This document shows positions 12,770 through 26,867 of a stretch of DNA of 64,000 nt, one piece after another. The notes beneath the pieces were generated by a model. That model was not told the origin of the DNA, searched no databases, and was given only the letters and a program-made list of their open reading frames with translations. The translations under genes and the position numbers were made by a program. Source of the stretch: Rhynchobatus australiae (lineage: Eukaryota); contig JAUZTB010000064.1 in the NCBI GenBank assembly GCA_034780895.1, forward strand, positions 114,903,116 to 114,967,115. Reading direction: 5' to 3'. How positions within the stretch are numbered: position 1 is the first letter of the stretch; each line of letters starts with the position of its first letter.

Positions 12770-13800
12770 GTCCTTTATCTAACCATGTAGAAAATTGCCC
12801 AGTAATGTCCTGTACATAAAAACAGTACAAATCCAATTCAGCATTGTTGATGTCACCTTGCTCACAGATGATAGTCTGGTGTAGACTTCATTATGGTCTA
12901 AATGTAGATCAAAGAGTTGAATTTTGGAGGTGTGAGAGTAGCTGCCCTTGGCATCAAGTCAGAACTTGCTGGTGTGTTGCAAGAAGGAATCCTCATAAAA
13001 CCAAAATTAATGGGCATGAAGGGGAAAACACTCCAATGGCTTGGTTGGTTGTGATTGTTGGAGGTCAGTTCACTCAACCCAAGGACATCACTTCAGGAAT
13101 TCCTCAGGGTAGCGTTCTATGCTGAATCATTTTCACCTGTTTCATCAAGATCTCCCTCTATCATGTCAGGAATAAAGATATTTGCTAATGATTGTTCAAT
13201 CNNNNNNNNNNNNNNNNNNNNNNNNNNNNNNNNNNNNNNNNNNCATGGACAACTACTTAAGCCTGGGCTGATGACTGGCAATTAATATTTACACCACAAA
13301 GGTGTCAGGCAATGACTATCTCCAACAAAGGAGAGTCTGACTATCTACCTTTGACATTTAATGGCATTACCATCACCATGTCCCCCCATCAACATGTTGG
13401 GGTCACCATTGACCAGAAACACAACTGGATCAGCTAGTATTCCAGTTAGCATTCAGTTCCTCCATCAGTAGTGTACAGTAGCTGTAATGAGTACCGTTTA
13501 CAAAATTGCTCACTGTCACTCACCTAGTTGACTTTGACAGCATCTCTCTAACCTGCAGATTCTACCACCAGGAAAGACAAGGGCACCATCCAAACTCAGA
13601 AATATATCACCATTCCTTCATCACCTCTGGGTCTAAATCCTGGAATTCTGTACCTAACAGGACAATGGGGTAACATCACCAGAAAAGCTGAAGTAGTTTA
13701 GGAAGGTGACTCACCACAACCTTCTCTTGGGTAATTAGGAATGGGCAATAAATGCTGGCCATAACCAAGGTTACACCCAGTCTGAAAAATGAATAAGAGA
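12770..13800 (+). mobile_element. Decayed CR1-group non-LTR retrotransposon (RT domain plus 3' UTR)
   Basis: VVIVGGQFTQPKDITSGIPQGSVL and IKIFANDC (RT motifs GVPQGSVL and FADD); the 3' end reads taggaatgggcaataaatgctggcc. Confidence 0.8.
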
Positions 13801-13989
13801 AAAAAGTCTTCGTACTCCATTTTCCTGTAAATTCAGACCGTACACTGTCCTAGTGATATTCAATAATTAATGTAGACTGCTTCTAAAATCATTCTTCATG
13901 TTCTCCTGTGGGCAACTAAAGGAAGTATGTCCTGTGATTAAATGCAGATCAAATACTATTAATGAGGAAAGTTTACAGAAGTCCAGCTG

Positions 13990-14370
13990 CTTGTAAATTT
14001 TGGGAGGGAATTCCAGAGGTTAGGGTTAGGCAGCTGAAGTTGAAGTTCAGGCTGTGGAATATTGTAATGATTAAATTTTGGATGTCAAAGGGCCAGAATT
14101 GAAAAGACACAGGGACCTCCAAGTGTTGTGAGGCTGGAAGAGATTACAGAGGCATGACTTGGTGTGATCATGAAGGTGTTTGAAATTAAGGATGGGAATT
14201 TTAAAAATAAGGCATTGCTCAACCAGGAACCAGCACAGATCAGAAAGGTTAGAGGGGAGAAGTGAATAAGTGCAAGTTAGAACATGAGTAGCAGATTTAG
14301 AGAATAGTAGAGAGCCAAACCAGGAATACACTGGAATAGTGGTAACAAAGTCCTGTATGGACATTCCTGC
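13990..14370 (-). mobile_element. L2-clade LINE C-terminal fragment
   Basis: ORF 14071..14379 LSDLCWFLVEQCLIFKIPILNFKHLH corresponds to the L2 LHWLPV..RI.FKIL motif. Confidence 0.7.
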
Positions 14371-15048
14371 CACTTGCAAAGTGCTTGTTTCTGAAATTCA
14401 TCTAAATCTGCTGGGGCAATTAATATAATCAAAAGGGGAATAATATCGGAAACAAATCATGAATTATTCATCACAATTTTTCCCCAGCCCCATCCCCTAA
14501 TCACTTTGATGTCAACTCTAACAAATAGAACAACTTGTGCTTCTGGTAGTTCTTTGTAGATGTAGGAGAATTACATTTACTGATGCTGCAAACATAAAGA
14601 ATGCATCATTGAAACGTCTACAGTGCCTACTTGCAGTTTTTTTTATTTTCATAAAGTTGCCAATGTCTATTAATGCCACTGCATCTGAGGTGAGTTTGAG
14701 GCAAGACAGAATTTATCATACACAGCAAAGTCCATTTTCCATTTATGCAGTTGTTGCAGTACGCATTACAGAGGTTGTTTAAAAATATCCAAAAGGGCTA
14801 GAAATAACACAAATTTGTGATTATAACAACAGCATTTTCTGATAAAAGCAGGATTATTTCTTCTTTAAAAGAGGAATTAGCAGTCAATATAAGGAGTAAA
14901 TATACAAAACATTCTGTATACAATTTGGAAAACAATTTTTGTTTTTTAGCACAACAAAGACATTTGAAATATAACAAGAATGTTAAAATATATAAGATTG
15001 CAGAATGTATTGTTACTGATTTTTAATATTTGTGATTTTTCTTCTTAG

Positions 15049-15262
15049 GGTCCAAATGCTCTTGTGACATACGCCATTATTAGTGGAGCAGATAACAGTT
15101 TCCGTGTCGATCCAGAGTCTGGAGACCTTCTAGCAACTAAGCGTTTAGACCGAGAGCGCCGTTCCAAATATTCGTTATTGGTCCGAGCTGATGATGGGCT
15201 GCAGTCCTCAGATATGCGAATCAACATTGCTGTCAGTGACATAAATGACCATGCACCCAAGT
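15049..15262 (+). CDS. FAT4: Protocadherin Fat 4, internal coding exon (3' end lost in N gap 15263-15379)
   Basis: Acceptor tttttcttcttAG|GGT. Translates GPNALVTYAIISGADNSFRVDPESGDLLATKRLDRERRSKYSLLVRADDGLQSSDMRINIAVSDINDHAPK (LDRE, DxND motifs), in frame with the previous exon. The donor is not visible. Confidence 0.93.
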
Positions 15263-16879
15263 NNNNNNNNNNNNNNNNNNNNNNNNNNNNNNNNNNNNNN
15301 NNNNNNNNNNNNNNNNNNNNNNNNNNNNNNNNNNNNNNNNNNNNNNNNNNNNNNNNNNNNNNNNNNNNNNNNNNNNNNTATTAGGCCAGTTCTAGAAGCA
15401 ATTCCTATAATCCCTTTTGCTGATTACTAGTAAGAAGAAATCCTAAGTTTCTACTCTGTTGTGAGGCCATGTTAACCAATAGTTATGTAAATGGAAAAAA
15501 TGTATTGATTAGTTAGGTGAGCATCACAAAATATCTTTTGTTTTCTGGTTTCATGTACATTCTGGACCAGATAATGTATAGTGCCATGTTGAACACAACA
15601 CCAGTCATCTCAGATCATGTCCCAGGGTTAATATTTAATTGTAACTTGCTTGTCTGCAATATAAGAGGTCAAAGACAAGGAATTCCATATGTTATAAACT
15701 CTACCGAGCTGATCTGTGCTGTCTTCTCAGTCTGCAGCATGAGTTGTACTGTTAGCTGAACTTGCGGACAAATGGATAGTAAACAAATTCTGAGGTTTAT
15801 CTAGAATATCCTGTGTGTGTGTGTATCGTTGATAAATAAGTACATTGGATTGCTTTAAAATCCTGCTTTCCATAAATAATAAGCAAAAGATTTTTGATTT
15901 ACACTCATCCTAGGAGGTCACAGGGCTCAAAGTTCCCTGGAGGTTCTCCCACTCTCATTCTATAACCCTGCCAGGTGATTGCAAACAAGGGCCCCCAAAT
16001 TAAAGACTGCCCAGTTGCCAAAGGGAAACCATGCAATAAGCAGCCAAAGCTAAAGCTGAGGATAGTCCCTGGCAGTCAGAGAAGATTGTGAGAGCACTGC
16101 AGATGTACAGGGGAAAGCAGATTGCTGCAGTGGAGAGAAAATGAAAGCGGTATCGATGGCAAAGAAGAACACAGTAGGGTAAAGGTCTTAGAAAGCAGAG
16201 AGATAACAGGGAGTATGTAGGATGGAGAGATCACGGGGAGAGTGCAGAGGAAAGAAATGGCAGGGGCAAAAACAGTGGAAGAGATTACAGGGGAGATAGA
16301 GAGGGGAAGGGGCAGCTAGGGAGACGGTGAGGTAATTCGGGGACGCATGGCAGTAGGAAACCACAAGCACTGCTGGAATTGTACTTGCTGAATAGATCTG
16401 GCAGCTCCCTTCAACTGTTAACATTTAACTATTAACANNNNNNNNNNNNNNNNNNNNNNNNNNNNNNNNNNNNNNNNNNNNNNNNNNNNNNNNNNNNNNN
16501 NNNNNNNNNNNNNNNNNNNNNNNNNNNNNNNNNNNNNNNNNNNNNNNNNNNNNNNNNNNNNNNNNNNNNNNNNNNNNNNNNNNNNNNNNNNNNNNNNNNN
16601 NNNNNNNNNNNNNNNNNNNNNNNNNNNNNNNTCATCAGGTGGTTGAGACAACCAAGTTTATTCAAGATTTCTTTTACTACATTCTCAGAATAGGCATAAG
16701 AGAGACAACACGATGTTGTTTATTTACTCCAAACTTCCAATTTATTTTAAAATGAGATACATTTGTTTATGGAGTAATTTAAAAAGGTAGTAGAATTAAA
16801 TACCCAACGTGAAGAACACAGAAGGACTAGACTTTCCAAAAGTCTGCTCAGGACTGTGATATGTAAACCAAAAATGTCT

Positions 16880-17280
16880 AAGAACATGGGAAGGAGTGAA
16901 ACCATATCACTCCTCAAGCCTGTTCTACCTTTCAGTGTGGCCGATCTGTGATGAAACTTCAGTTACCAGTACTTGTCCAATATTACTTAACACCCTTGGT
17001 TAAACGAAACTGTTGTCAACTCCCGAGCTAATAACCAACCTGACATCAGTTGCTATTGGCAAAAGAGAGCTACAAATTCTTAGCAGCCTCTGCATACAGG
17101 CATGTTTCTGAAAGTCACCCTTTGCTCTTATTTTTCGATTACCTGCCCTTGTCTGCATATAGTGAAAATACTCTTTCTCTATCTGCCCTATGAGTTTCCT
17201 TTAACATCTTTTGAACTTCATCCCCTAACCTCCTAGAATTCCAAGAACCCAACCATAATTTGTGTAATATCACCTTGAAA
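16880..17280 (-). mobile_element. Old CR1 LINE 3' fragment
   Basis: aagaacatgggaaggagtgaaaccat...cctcaagcctgttct...ctctatctgccctatgagtttccttt is similar to 53620-54000. Confidence 0.5.
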
Positions 17281-19669
17281 TTGGACTGGTTCCTGGACTC
17301 TTTCCAGTATCTTTGTGAAGCACTTCTTTCTCTCCATAAGGTAGATAGCAAGCCATCTGGGACACTTGATTCCACTTTCCAATAATTCATTTAGTCCTCA
17401 TAATTATGGAATTCCCAACGGAAACAACACTCTTTCTGTTTATCCTCCGCCTCTGGATAGCCTCCTTTTCTAAGATGCCACAGTCTGGCTGTCCTATTGA
17501 TATTATTTATCCTTAGGCTCATAGATGGTAAATAATTTACTCCTGTTGGAAAGAATCAGTTTCTAAAGACTATCATTCTCTACTTCACTTGGACTTTCCC
17601 TACTCTGCACAAAACACAGTCCAATCCTGCATCCCTCCATGAGATGTATCTGAACTGATGAGATACTCCTCCCCTTACTCATGTATTAAAGGCCCCTGAT
17701 TCACAACCTAGCTTTTGACTGCATGACAGGGAGATTCATCTATTGCAGCTAAGACAATCTTGCTGTCCAAAATACTCATATTTTGTAGTCCGAACATACT
17801 CTGTTTTGCCATATCTTAACCCATGGTATTTATATTTAGTTTGTAATCCTTCTGCTCTTTTTATTTACTAACTTGCACCAAACATTGAATCACTGGGCAA
17901 AATTTTAAATAGTTATCGCTTCTACCATAAAACTACTCATTTCTATCATGGTAATAAACAGCCTCCCAATTAGTTAATTATCTTACATTAACATTTAACA
18001 TTTGTAACTGATCACCATTCATTTGAAATTTTCAGAGTTTTATTAAGTAGACCTTCTGGAATAAACAGCATGTGGCTAATAAGTATCTTCTATCACTTTT
18101 ATTATGTTGAATGCTTTAAGACAAATGATTGACAAATGCAATGTAGAAATTGAGTAAACTGCTTATTTTAATTAGGGTACACCATAATCTTGTAGATTTG
18201 GGTATTTTATTTTTAATACTTAATAAACTGTATAGATGAAAACTGTTTGAAGCAGAGCAACTACAAGAGTAATAATAGAAACAAGATGTTCCTGATGCTA
18301 TTGAAATAAAATTGCTCATTAAAGAAAAGTAGTTCCTTTCCTTTGCANNNNNNNNNNNNNNNNNNNNNNNNNNNNNNNNNNNNNNNNNNNNNNNNNNNNN
18401 NNNNNNNNNNNNNNNNNNNNNNNNNNNNNNNNNNNNNNNNNNNNNNNNNNNNNNNNNNNNNNNNNNNNNNNNNNNNNNNNNNNNNNNNNNNNNNNNNNNN
18501 NNNNNNNNNNNNNNNNNNNNNNNNNNNNNNNNNNNNNNNNNNNNNNNNNNNNNNNNNNNNNNNNNNNNNNNNNNNNNNNNNNNNNNNNNNNNNNNNNNNN
18601 NNNNNNNNNNNNNNNNNNNNNNNNNNNNNNNNNNNNNNNNNNNNNNNNNNNNNNNNNNNNNNNNNNNNNNNNNNNNNNNNNNNNNNNNNNNNNNNNNNNN
18701 NNNNNNNNNNNNNNNNNNNNNNNNNNNNNNNNNNNNNNNNNNNNNNNNNNNNNNNNNNNNNNNNNNNNNNNNNNNNNNNNNNNNNNNNNNNNNNNNNNNN
18801 NNNNNNNNNNNNNNNNNNNNNNNNNNNNNNNNNNNNNNNNNNNNNNNNNNNNNNNNNNNNNNNNNNNNNNNNNNNNNNNNNNNNNNNNNNNNNNNNNNNN
18901 NNNNNNNNNNNNNNNNNNNNNNNNNNNNNNNNNNNNNNNNNNNNNNNNNNNNNNNNNNNNAAAATTGACAGGGATTATTCCATTTTGATAATGTTCCTTC
19001 CACAATCTCTTTCAGAGGAATCAATGCCTAAAGTTTATTTAAGTTGCTGCACGAGCAGTTCAGATCTGGAATCCAGCAAAGTACAAGAACAGATTTAAAG
19101 GTTTTTTTAATCTTCTCTGCGGGTACATTCAGTTTTATTTAAATGAGCCTAATACTTAATAAAGGACTGTCAAAAGAATATTAATGAATATTTCTGCTGG
19201 ATAATTCAGAGGAAAAGTAATTTTCAAAATTTCTTATTTTTTTCATGCTGGGAAACAACTTAGTCAACAGCATGCTCACACACATTCAGATGGAAGGAGT
19301 GACTTACTGAGACCTCAAGCTGCTAGCTGCAGTGTTCATAGTTTTCTTCCTGTGGACAGGACACTGTGAATGTGCCCAAGCTGTTTACCGGTGTTTTATT
19401 CTCTTTGTGCGAAGGCCCTACCAATATTTTAGAATCTCAGAGAATTTTCTACTTGGAATGAAGTGCCATCTGTTTCTGCCCAACTGTGTGCTCTGATTCT
19501 AATTAGTTACCTTTATCATTGGTGCCTTAACCATATGGTACTCTGTCATCAGTTCCTCTTATTCGTCACTGGCGATGCAGTTTAAAGTTGGTGTTTCCTA
19601 ACTGCAAAATGTTCAATTATACTTTTTCCCTGGAGTAAAGAGTCTAGTTCTCTCTGTATCAAATGGAGA

Positions 19670-20012
19670 AAGAAAGAACTTACGTTTAACAAGCAACTAT
19701 CATGATATCAGGACATTCCTAAGCACCCCACACAAAGCCAAGTAGTTCTGAAGGATGATCACTGTTACATTATAAAAATGTGGATAAGCCAATTTGTATA
19801 CAGTTACAGTTCCTTAGAACATAGTTAGTTGGATGAACACATAATCTGTTTCAATGACCCTTAAGAGATAAATATTGGCTAGGGCTCCAGGAGAAATCCC
19901 CTTCTTTATTTTGAATAGAGCTATGGAACCTTTGCAGTTCATCTTCAGAGGTTAGATGGGGCCTTAGTTTAACATCTCAAGTTGAAAGATGACAGCTCTG
20001 ACAGCTCTGCAT
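19670..20012 (-). mobile_element. Deu-domain SINE (SacSINE1/AmnSINE1-related)
   Basis: Reverse complement gctgtcagagctgtcatctttc...gagatgttaaactaaggccccatct...ggggatttctcctggagccctagccaatatttatc matches the DeuSINE core as I recall it. Confidence 0.7.
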
Positions 20013-23000
20013 ATAATGATTTATTAATGTGTACTCTACTGAATAGATTTGCTGGTTTCAAAATTCTTTAAAAGATAAAACAAATTGAGCTAGTCACAAG
20101 GACTATATTACAGTTCCTCAGAATGTTGGACCTGAAAAATCTAAATATGGGGACAAAAAGAAATGAATGCTTCTCTATCTATTGTGGAAAACACTACAGG
20201 CCTTTTGAGGCATCGAAGGCTAGCCGGTTGAATTTGAGAAAAATGTTGGAAGTGAGTAATTTATGACAAACTGCAGACATTTGAGTAATTCTGCTTCTAC
20301 TTCCATCCATCTCCTCTGCCAAAATCTTAATAATGAATTATGCACTCACAGTTTCCATGTTAGTAGTAGACACTGCAACTGATATGTTTTTATTTATATT
20401 AGGGAACACCACTGGTTAGTCTTGCTTTGATACTTATGACAGAAATATTTTCATAATATTAAATATGAACTCTGTTCAACTCTGCAAAGATGCACACACA
20501 TCATCATATATACAGAGTAAATGACCTCTTCCAGATATTAACTGCATTTAAATAATAGCAGTCTTTTCACTTATAATCACTGGCATCTGTGTATTTAATT
20601 CTTATGATGATTAATAAAAAATAATTGATTGTTAGCACATGTAAAAAAAAGTCACACAGCTCAGTTTACTCAAATTAGTAAAGACAAGTTAGTGAATTCC
20701 ATTTATTCTTTCTCATCTTACCACACCAATTGTGATACAGCAGTCCTTCTGTTATGATCCCTTGTGATTGTGTGCGGTCAAGAGTAACTTTTAGTTTGTT
20801 TGTTCTGGAACTCGCTGAAACATTCTTCAGTCACACAGTAGTGCTGATTTTTTTGTGAGGTGGGGCAAAGAGGCAGGGTTCTCAGTTAGAGGAAGGTATT
20901 GGCAGAAGCTTCTATTTGGCTGTGAAAAAGTTGCAAGAGTGAAAGCTGTCAGGAGGCAAGATTGGCAGAAAACAAGTGGAGCAGCACATAGAAGGGAAGC
21001 TACATTTGCTGTACTAATCTCAGCTCCACGAATCAGTCACACAGTTCCAATGCTGGACAGAAGGCATGCCAAGACATGGCACAAATAAAGGAAACCACAA
21101 ACAACGCACCTCTTTCAACAATGACAAGGGCAGGAAAAGCAGCAAAGTCCTGATCAGTACCCCAGGGAACCAGGACCAGACCTTCCATGCAACATATGAA
21201 CCTTGAACTGGATATGAACTGATAAGGAAGATGTGGCCATTTTATGCACTGGTGAAAACGCAAATTAAGTTCCAGATGCAACTACAGCAACAGAAATAAA
21301 GCAATGGAACACATTGTTAAAGACCCCCTTTGATATATTCCAGGACACATAACCACATCAGATGCCTTAACCTGGGTACAAAACTTGGACATCAATGCAT
21401 ATGTTGCATCTGCTGCCATATGATAAGAGGAGTGCTATTTCTCTTCCAAAGCCAGCCAAATTGACAGCTTGGGTGATGACATCAGGGCACAGTAGAGGAC
21501 GGATAGAGGTTACAAGAGTACAAGTGTCTCAGAAGGATCAGTGATAGAGATCACAGGTTCTGGCTGTGGAAGAGCGAAGGGTAATCGGAGGCCTTCAGAG
21601 AGGAAGAGAGAAAACAAAGTGCCCATAGAGGAAACTGGAAGACTCAGAAGAGCCGTGGATAAAATCGAATGGGTCATTGGAGAAAGGGCCTTGCCTCTTA
21701 TCAGGTCAGGACTGGAAAGGTTAAAGAACTGTCTGATCACCAAGTGGTAGGTGCTAATAACAAATTGGATTTGTCTGATAAAAAGTAGGATCCTTTACCA
21801 CCCAATCCAGGAATCCTTTGATTGATGGGTTTACCAAAGCCTGAAACATTATCTAACCAGGGTTAAATTTAAAATGGAATTAAATATAAGAACAGAGGCT
21901 CTTAACAATTTTTAAGTGGGTAAGACAAAATTGATGAGTGGTGTGGAAACCACATCCCCTCCCGTTTCTGTACTGTCTCTATTTAAAAGCAGAACTAGAC
22001 AGGATGGAGGCTGTTTCAGGTCTGAATCCAGATTTTTACTTCAACCAGAGACCAACTCACCCATTTTGAGTGTTAAAATATCCCCAGGATTACTGAAAAA
22101 TCCAATCTGAATGTTTGCTAATATTCAAACCAAACTATTTCTAATTGCTAATTCATGTTGTAATGACCTAGATTCAGCAGCTCATATTTAACTCTACACC
22201 TGAAGCTTTGCATAAAGAAACAGAAATTTAGGCAAACCACTGACATGGAAATAGATCCAAGATCAGCAGAATCAGTGTCAATTACCGAGCTCTTGGTGTT
22301 CTTTGAGGAATGTTTGAATTGACATAGAATGGTGAAGTGCAGCTGGAACAGCTCTTGTGTTTCTGGCAAGAACATTAGGCGCCTGTTTAAAGCATTTGTA
22401 GTTGCAGTTGTGATGTTCTGGTCATGATCGAGTAAGTACTTTATATGAATTGCCTGTCAGTGTGGAAACCACAAAAAAATCCCATGTTGGATTAGCTGTT
22501 GCGGTATATTGCATTGCTATAGCAAACAATTCATTGCTAATAGCGTACTTTTTGTGAATATTCCATTGCCATTTGAAGCATTGTAGGATGTCAACTTGAC
22601 CAAATTCCTAATTTTCACTAATAAACTCATTGTTCTTAAATTAGTCAAATAAAAATCCAGTGTAATTTCTTCCCTCTTAACTTTAATAAATAAGTAGTTT
22701 CTTTTCCCATTCTTGGATTTTTTGAGTTTGCTTATGAAACTAAGGCAGACAGTGGTCCAGACAGATTGTGTTGAAAATTAATTTTATAAATTATAGTGCT
22801 TCCCTGATTAAGTTATCAGTTTAGAACGCTGCCTCTGAGTTATAAAATAGTTCAAAGTATATAACAAAACAAAATAAGAATCCATCTTATTATCAAAACT
22901 TCATAATTGGTAAAAAAAAAATAACTATAAATTTTCTGTATGTAGGACTAGGTGAACCAACTCAGAAGTATCTGCATATTTTAATTTTTGTCACTATTTG

Positions 23001-24627
23001 CAACCACAGTCATTTCTTTGTTCATATTAAGGTATTTCAGTGGTTCTAAAACCGTTAATAACCTGAATTTGCAGCTGGTAACAAAGGAGTAACACTCACC
23101 ACTGATCCATAAAGAAAGCTTTCCCTAAATATCAAACAATCACTGTGGAGTGGACATGCCCTTTTCCAATGTTGGCTGCTGTCAGGTAAAAGTTCAGGGT
23201 GATTCCTGGCATCAGGCAACTTCTGTATTATCCAAGTCATGGAGGAGCCAATCACAGTAAAGAATTCTCACAGAAAACTAGTAAAGATAAAGCACGTTTT
23301 TAGTTGCATTTCTAAATATTTTACAGAAAGCTAAATAAAGATCGAAACACACACACACATACAGTAGAAACTGTAATATCTTTTTGTTTAATTTTAGAAT
23401 CCATTATGTTGTGGAAAAAGATTTCCTGTGGGAATTAAAAAACACAAAACTAAAATTAGACTTTTGGGGGCATAGTTTGCTGTGAGATATAAATGACAGT
23501 GCTCCATTTAAAACTTAGATCTAATACAGAAAGTAGAAAATGTGCAGCATACATTACAGTAAGGACCATTATGTAAATTCATGTCAATACAGCTTTAGAG
23601 GATGCCTAAATCTGAGAAGCAAATTCACTAAATTGCACTTTAAGTGGTGCCTGCAGGGAAGTCCCAAAATCAGTTTCCGTTTCATGCAGATATAACAATG
23701 AACACTAATAGTTTCTTTGTTGTTACCACACAAAATCCAGGCCTTTGATTATTTAGCCCATTTTGCATCTTGACTTGGCTGAATTCCTGAACACTTCATT
23801 TATGATTTATATATGCCAATGGATAAATAAAAATCTTTAAGGTCATTAGTGCATTGCTAATTATTCATGGAAGTTGGAACTGCAATGTAAGTATAGGATG
23901 GCACACCTGCTTCAGTGATCAAGTTGCTTTAATTGGTGAGTGCTAAATGCAACATCAGAGCTAAGGAAAGACAGTTATCTATGGCAAAGTCTATCGGTGA
24001 CCCACAGAATGCAAATTTAAAAGAATTCCACTGCTGACATACATCATGCTTCTAAAATTATATCCCATTCACACAGTTAATTAAGTACTGAGGCAAATCA
24101 GGCATGTATGGAACTCCAAAGGAAGCTGGGCAAGGTGTATCTCCTCTGCTTGTGTCACTATGGAAACTCAACCTCCTTAGCCTGCCTTAAGGAGTTAATA
24201 GATATCAGTAAATGTGCCCAATCTGCAATTGGAGAGAGCTTTGATTTTTCAATCCTCTTATCACCTAGCAACAAAGAACCACATTTCCACCATTGCCTGC
24301 AGCAATGTGAATATTGAGAATATATTACCATATTGATATTGCTGTTTCCACTTGAAGTCGTTCCACAATATGTTTCAGCTCAGTTCGGAGGAATTTACAG
24401 AGAATTTATCTCATTTAACCATAGAAGAAATCAAACATCAGTACTGATAGGAAAATAACTTGCATATGCAGTTGTTGAAAAGGCACTGAGGTAAGTTTGA
24501 TGTTGCCAAGTGCCTTAGGATATTTTGCTACATTCAATGGAAAGTGGTTGATGGTGAATCTGCAGTGTGTTTTGCAACTCTCCTGATTTTTCTTCTTTGT
24601 TTCCATTGACTTGAAAGATGTCAAATA

Positions 24628-24968
24628 GGCATAGTGGCATAGCAGGTCGTGCTGCTGCCTCACAACTCCAGTAATCTGGGTTCAATCCTGACCTCTGGTG
24701 CTGTCTGTGTGAAGTTCGCATGTTCTCTCTATGAGCATGTGGGTTTCCCCCAAGTGCTCTGGTTTCCTCCCACATCCCAAAGACTTGCTGTTTGGTACAT
24801 TAATTGGCCACTGCAAGTGACCTCTAGTGTACATGAGTAATAGGAGAATAACTGAGGAGTTGATGGGCATGTGAGGGAGAATAGGTTACAGGGAAATACT
24901 TGAGAGATTGGGATTGCTATTTGAGCTGGCATGGACTTGATTGGCCAAATGGCCTTCTCTGCTGTAAG
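24628..24968 (+). mobile_element. tRNA-derived V-SINE (HE1-like) with CR1-type tail
   Basis: A-box/B-box head (agtggcatagcagg...gggttcaatcc), V-domain gtgggtttccc...gtgctctggtttcctcccacatccca, tail gattggccaaatggccttctctgctgtaa. Confidence 0.85.
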
Positions 24969-25755
24969 GAAAAAAGTGAGGCAGTTCTTCACCTATTTTC
25001 TAGAAAGTTCACATTTAAATTAATGTCATATTTGTTGACAGTCTGAAAGAACTCAAGGTAAGTTTTGTGTTGCAGAGTTTGTCATTTTAACTCTGACAAT
25101 CAGAGAAATCAAATTGAGACCAAAGACCACTTAATATTAAAGCAACCATATCTCTCAAATTACACAGAACTATGGAAATAAGATTTCACTTTCGCCACAT
25201 CAGTAATAATCAGGCAGAATGGATCACCAACCCATTATAGATATTCATTCCATTACTGTAGAATTCAATGTCCTGTGATGTCAGATTCCCACCAAATGAG
25301 GATGTATGCTTACTCTGTAGAATGTTCCTTGTGCCGCTTGAACACCTGTGTTTGTGCTTGTCGCCCTGTGCTGCACTGATATTGGTTATCAGGTTATTTA
25401 TTTTTGATCATTTATAGGAATGGGATAAAAGTCTACACCCTCATTTCCATTGGTTGATATTTTAAGATTTATACAAGATTTTATAAAAATTATATTTTAA
25501 ATAGTTAACATATTAGATTTAAATAAAGTTAGGGAATATAAAACCATCAGCATCTAATAAAAACTTTACCAGAATTAGGAAGGCTAACAGTAGCATTACT
25601 GTAATAAGATTTGAGAACAAGAGTAAATCTATCTACTGTAAATATATAGGGCCTTNNNNNNNNNNNNNNNNNNNNNNNNNNNNNNNNNNNNNNNNNNNNN
25701 NNNNNNNNNNNNNNNNNNNNNNNNNNNNNNNNNNNNNNNNNNNNNNNNNNNNNNN

Positions 25756-26310
25756 AAATCTATCTACTGTAAATATATAGGGCCTTGGTGAAACCACACA
25801 TGGAATATTATGTACAGTTCTACTCTCACTAATGTGTGCATTAGAGGGAGCAAATGAAGATTCACCAGACTGATTTCTGGAATGGGAGATTGTCCAGAGA
25901 GTAAAGATTAAACAGACAGGGACTGTACTCTTTTGCATTCAGAGGAATGAAAGTTTTGAAACATGCTAAATTCTCATGGAATTTGACAGGGTAGATGCAT
26001 CGATGATGTTTTCCTCTGGCTGGAGTGTGTATAACCTAGGGATATATTCTCAGAATAAGGGGTCATTCATTCTGGACTGAAATGAGAAGAAATGTCTTTT
26101 ACCAGAGTCTGATGAATCTTTGGAATTTTCAACCCGAGAGAATTGTGGATGTTCAGTCACTAAATACATTTGGTATATTTTTGGATATCGAGGGAAACAA
26201 GGATATGGGGTTTGTACAGCAAAGTGGCACTGAGCTAAAAAATGAGTCTTGATCTTATTGAAAGGCAGAGCAGGCACAAGTGTCCAAGTGGCCAGTGAGT
26301 GCTTCTGTTT
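25756..26310 (+). mobile_element. CR1 LINE 3' fragment
   Basis: YRALVKPHMEYYVQF (RPHLEYCVQFW motif), followed by a CR1 3' UTR. Confidence 0.75.
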
Positions 26311-26867
26311 GTTGTGAATTAGAAACTGGAGAAGGTTAATTAATCAATAATAATACAGTAAAATGAAGAGCAACATAGGTGATTCTTATTCTCTCTGGGC
26401 TTTATATCCACATAGATATGTACTTTTCAGCAATCAAAAGTGAGAATGATAGTTGATTTTTCCTTCGACAGCTCAAAGACTGTCAGATCAATTCTGGACA
26501 ACCAAAGGCTCTGTCTAAATGACATAACCTCTTTCATGTAATTTTACCTTAACCTTGAGATTATTTATCTTTGGTCAATCAAATGTCAGTTTTCATATTG
26601 AACAGAATTTGGTCAGGTGAAGGAAGTGTGCCTTCTCCTGATGATAAATATTAGAATGAAGATTCTGCCTGGTTCAGACCTGCATAACATTAGCATTGAG
26701 CAGGCAGTGTAAAATTCTAATATTTTACTGAACTTTTCATCTACTAATCATCTTATTCACATGACAGTGGTGTTCCAGTTTTCTGTTGGCCTCCTCCATC
26801 TTCCAGTAGTCCTTCTACATTCCTCACAGTGACCTGTGTTCAATCATGACTTCCCATGTTGTCATGA

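Noticed and set aside
18116-19098. Long ORFs of 150-300 aa in the track (also at 59240-59910)
   Set aside because: They are long only because they read through N runs.
21200-21480. Possible Gypsy gag remnant on the minus strand (ADATYALMSKFC...LRFHQ)
   Set aside because: Similarity is too weak and fragmentary to support without a profile search.
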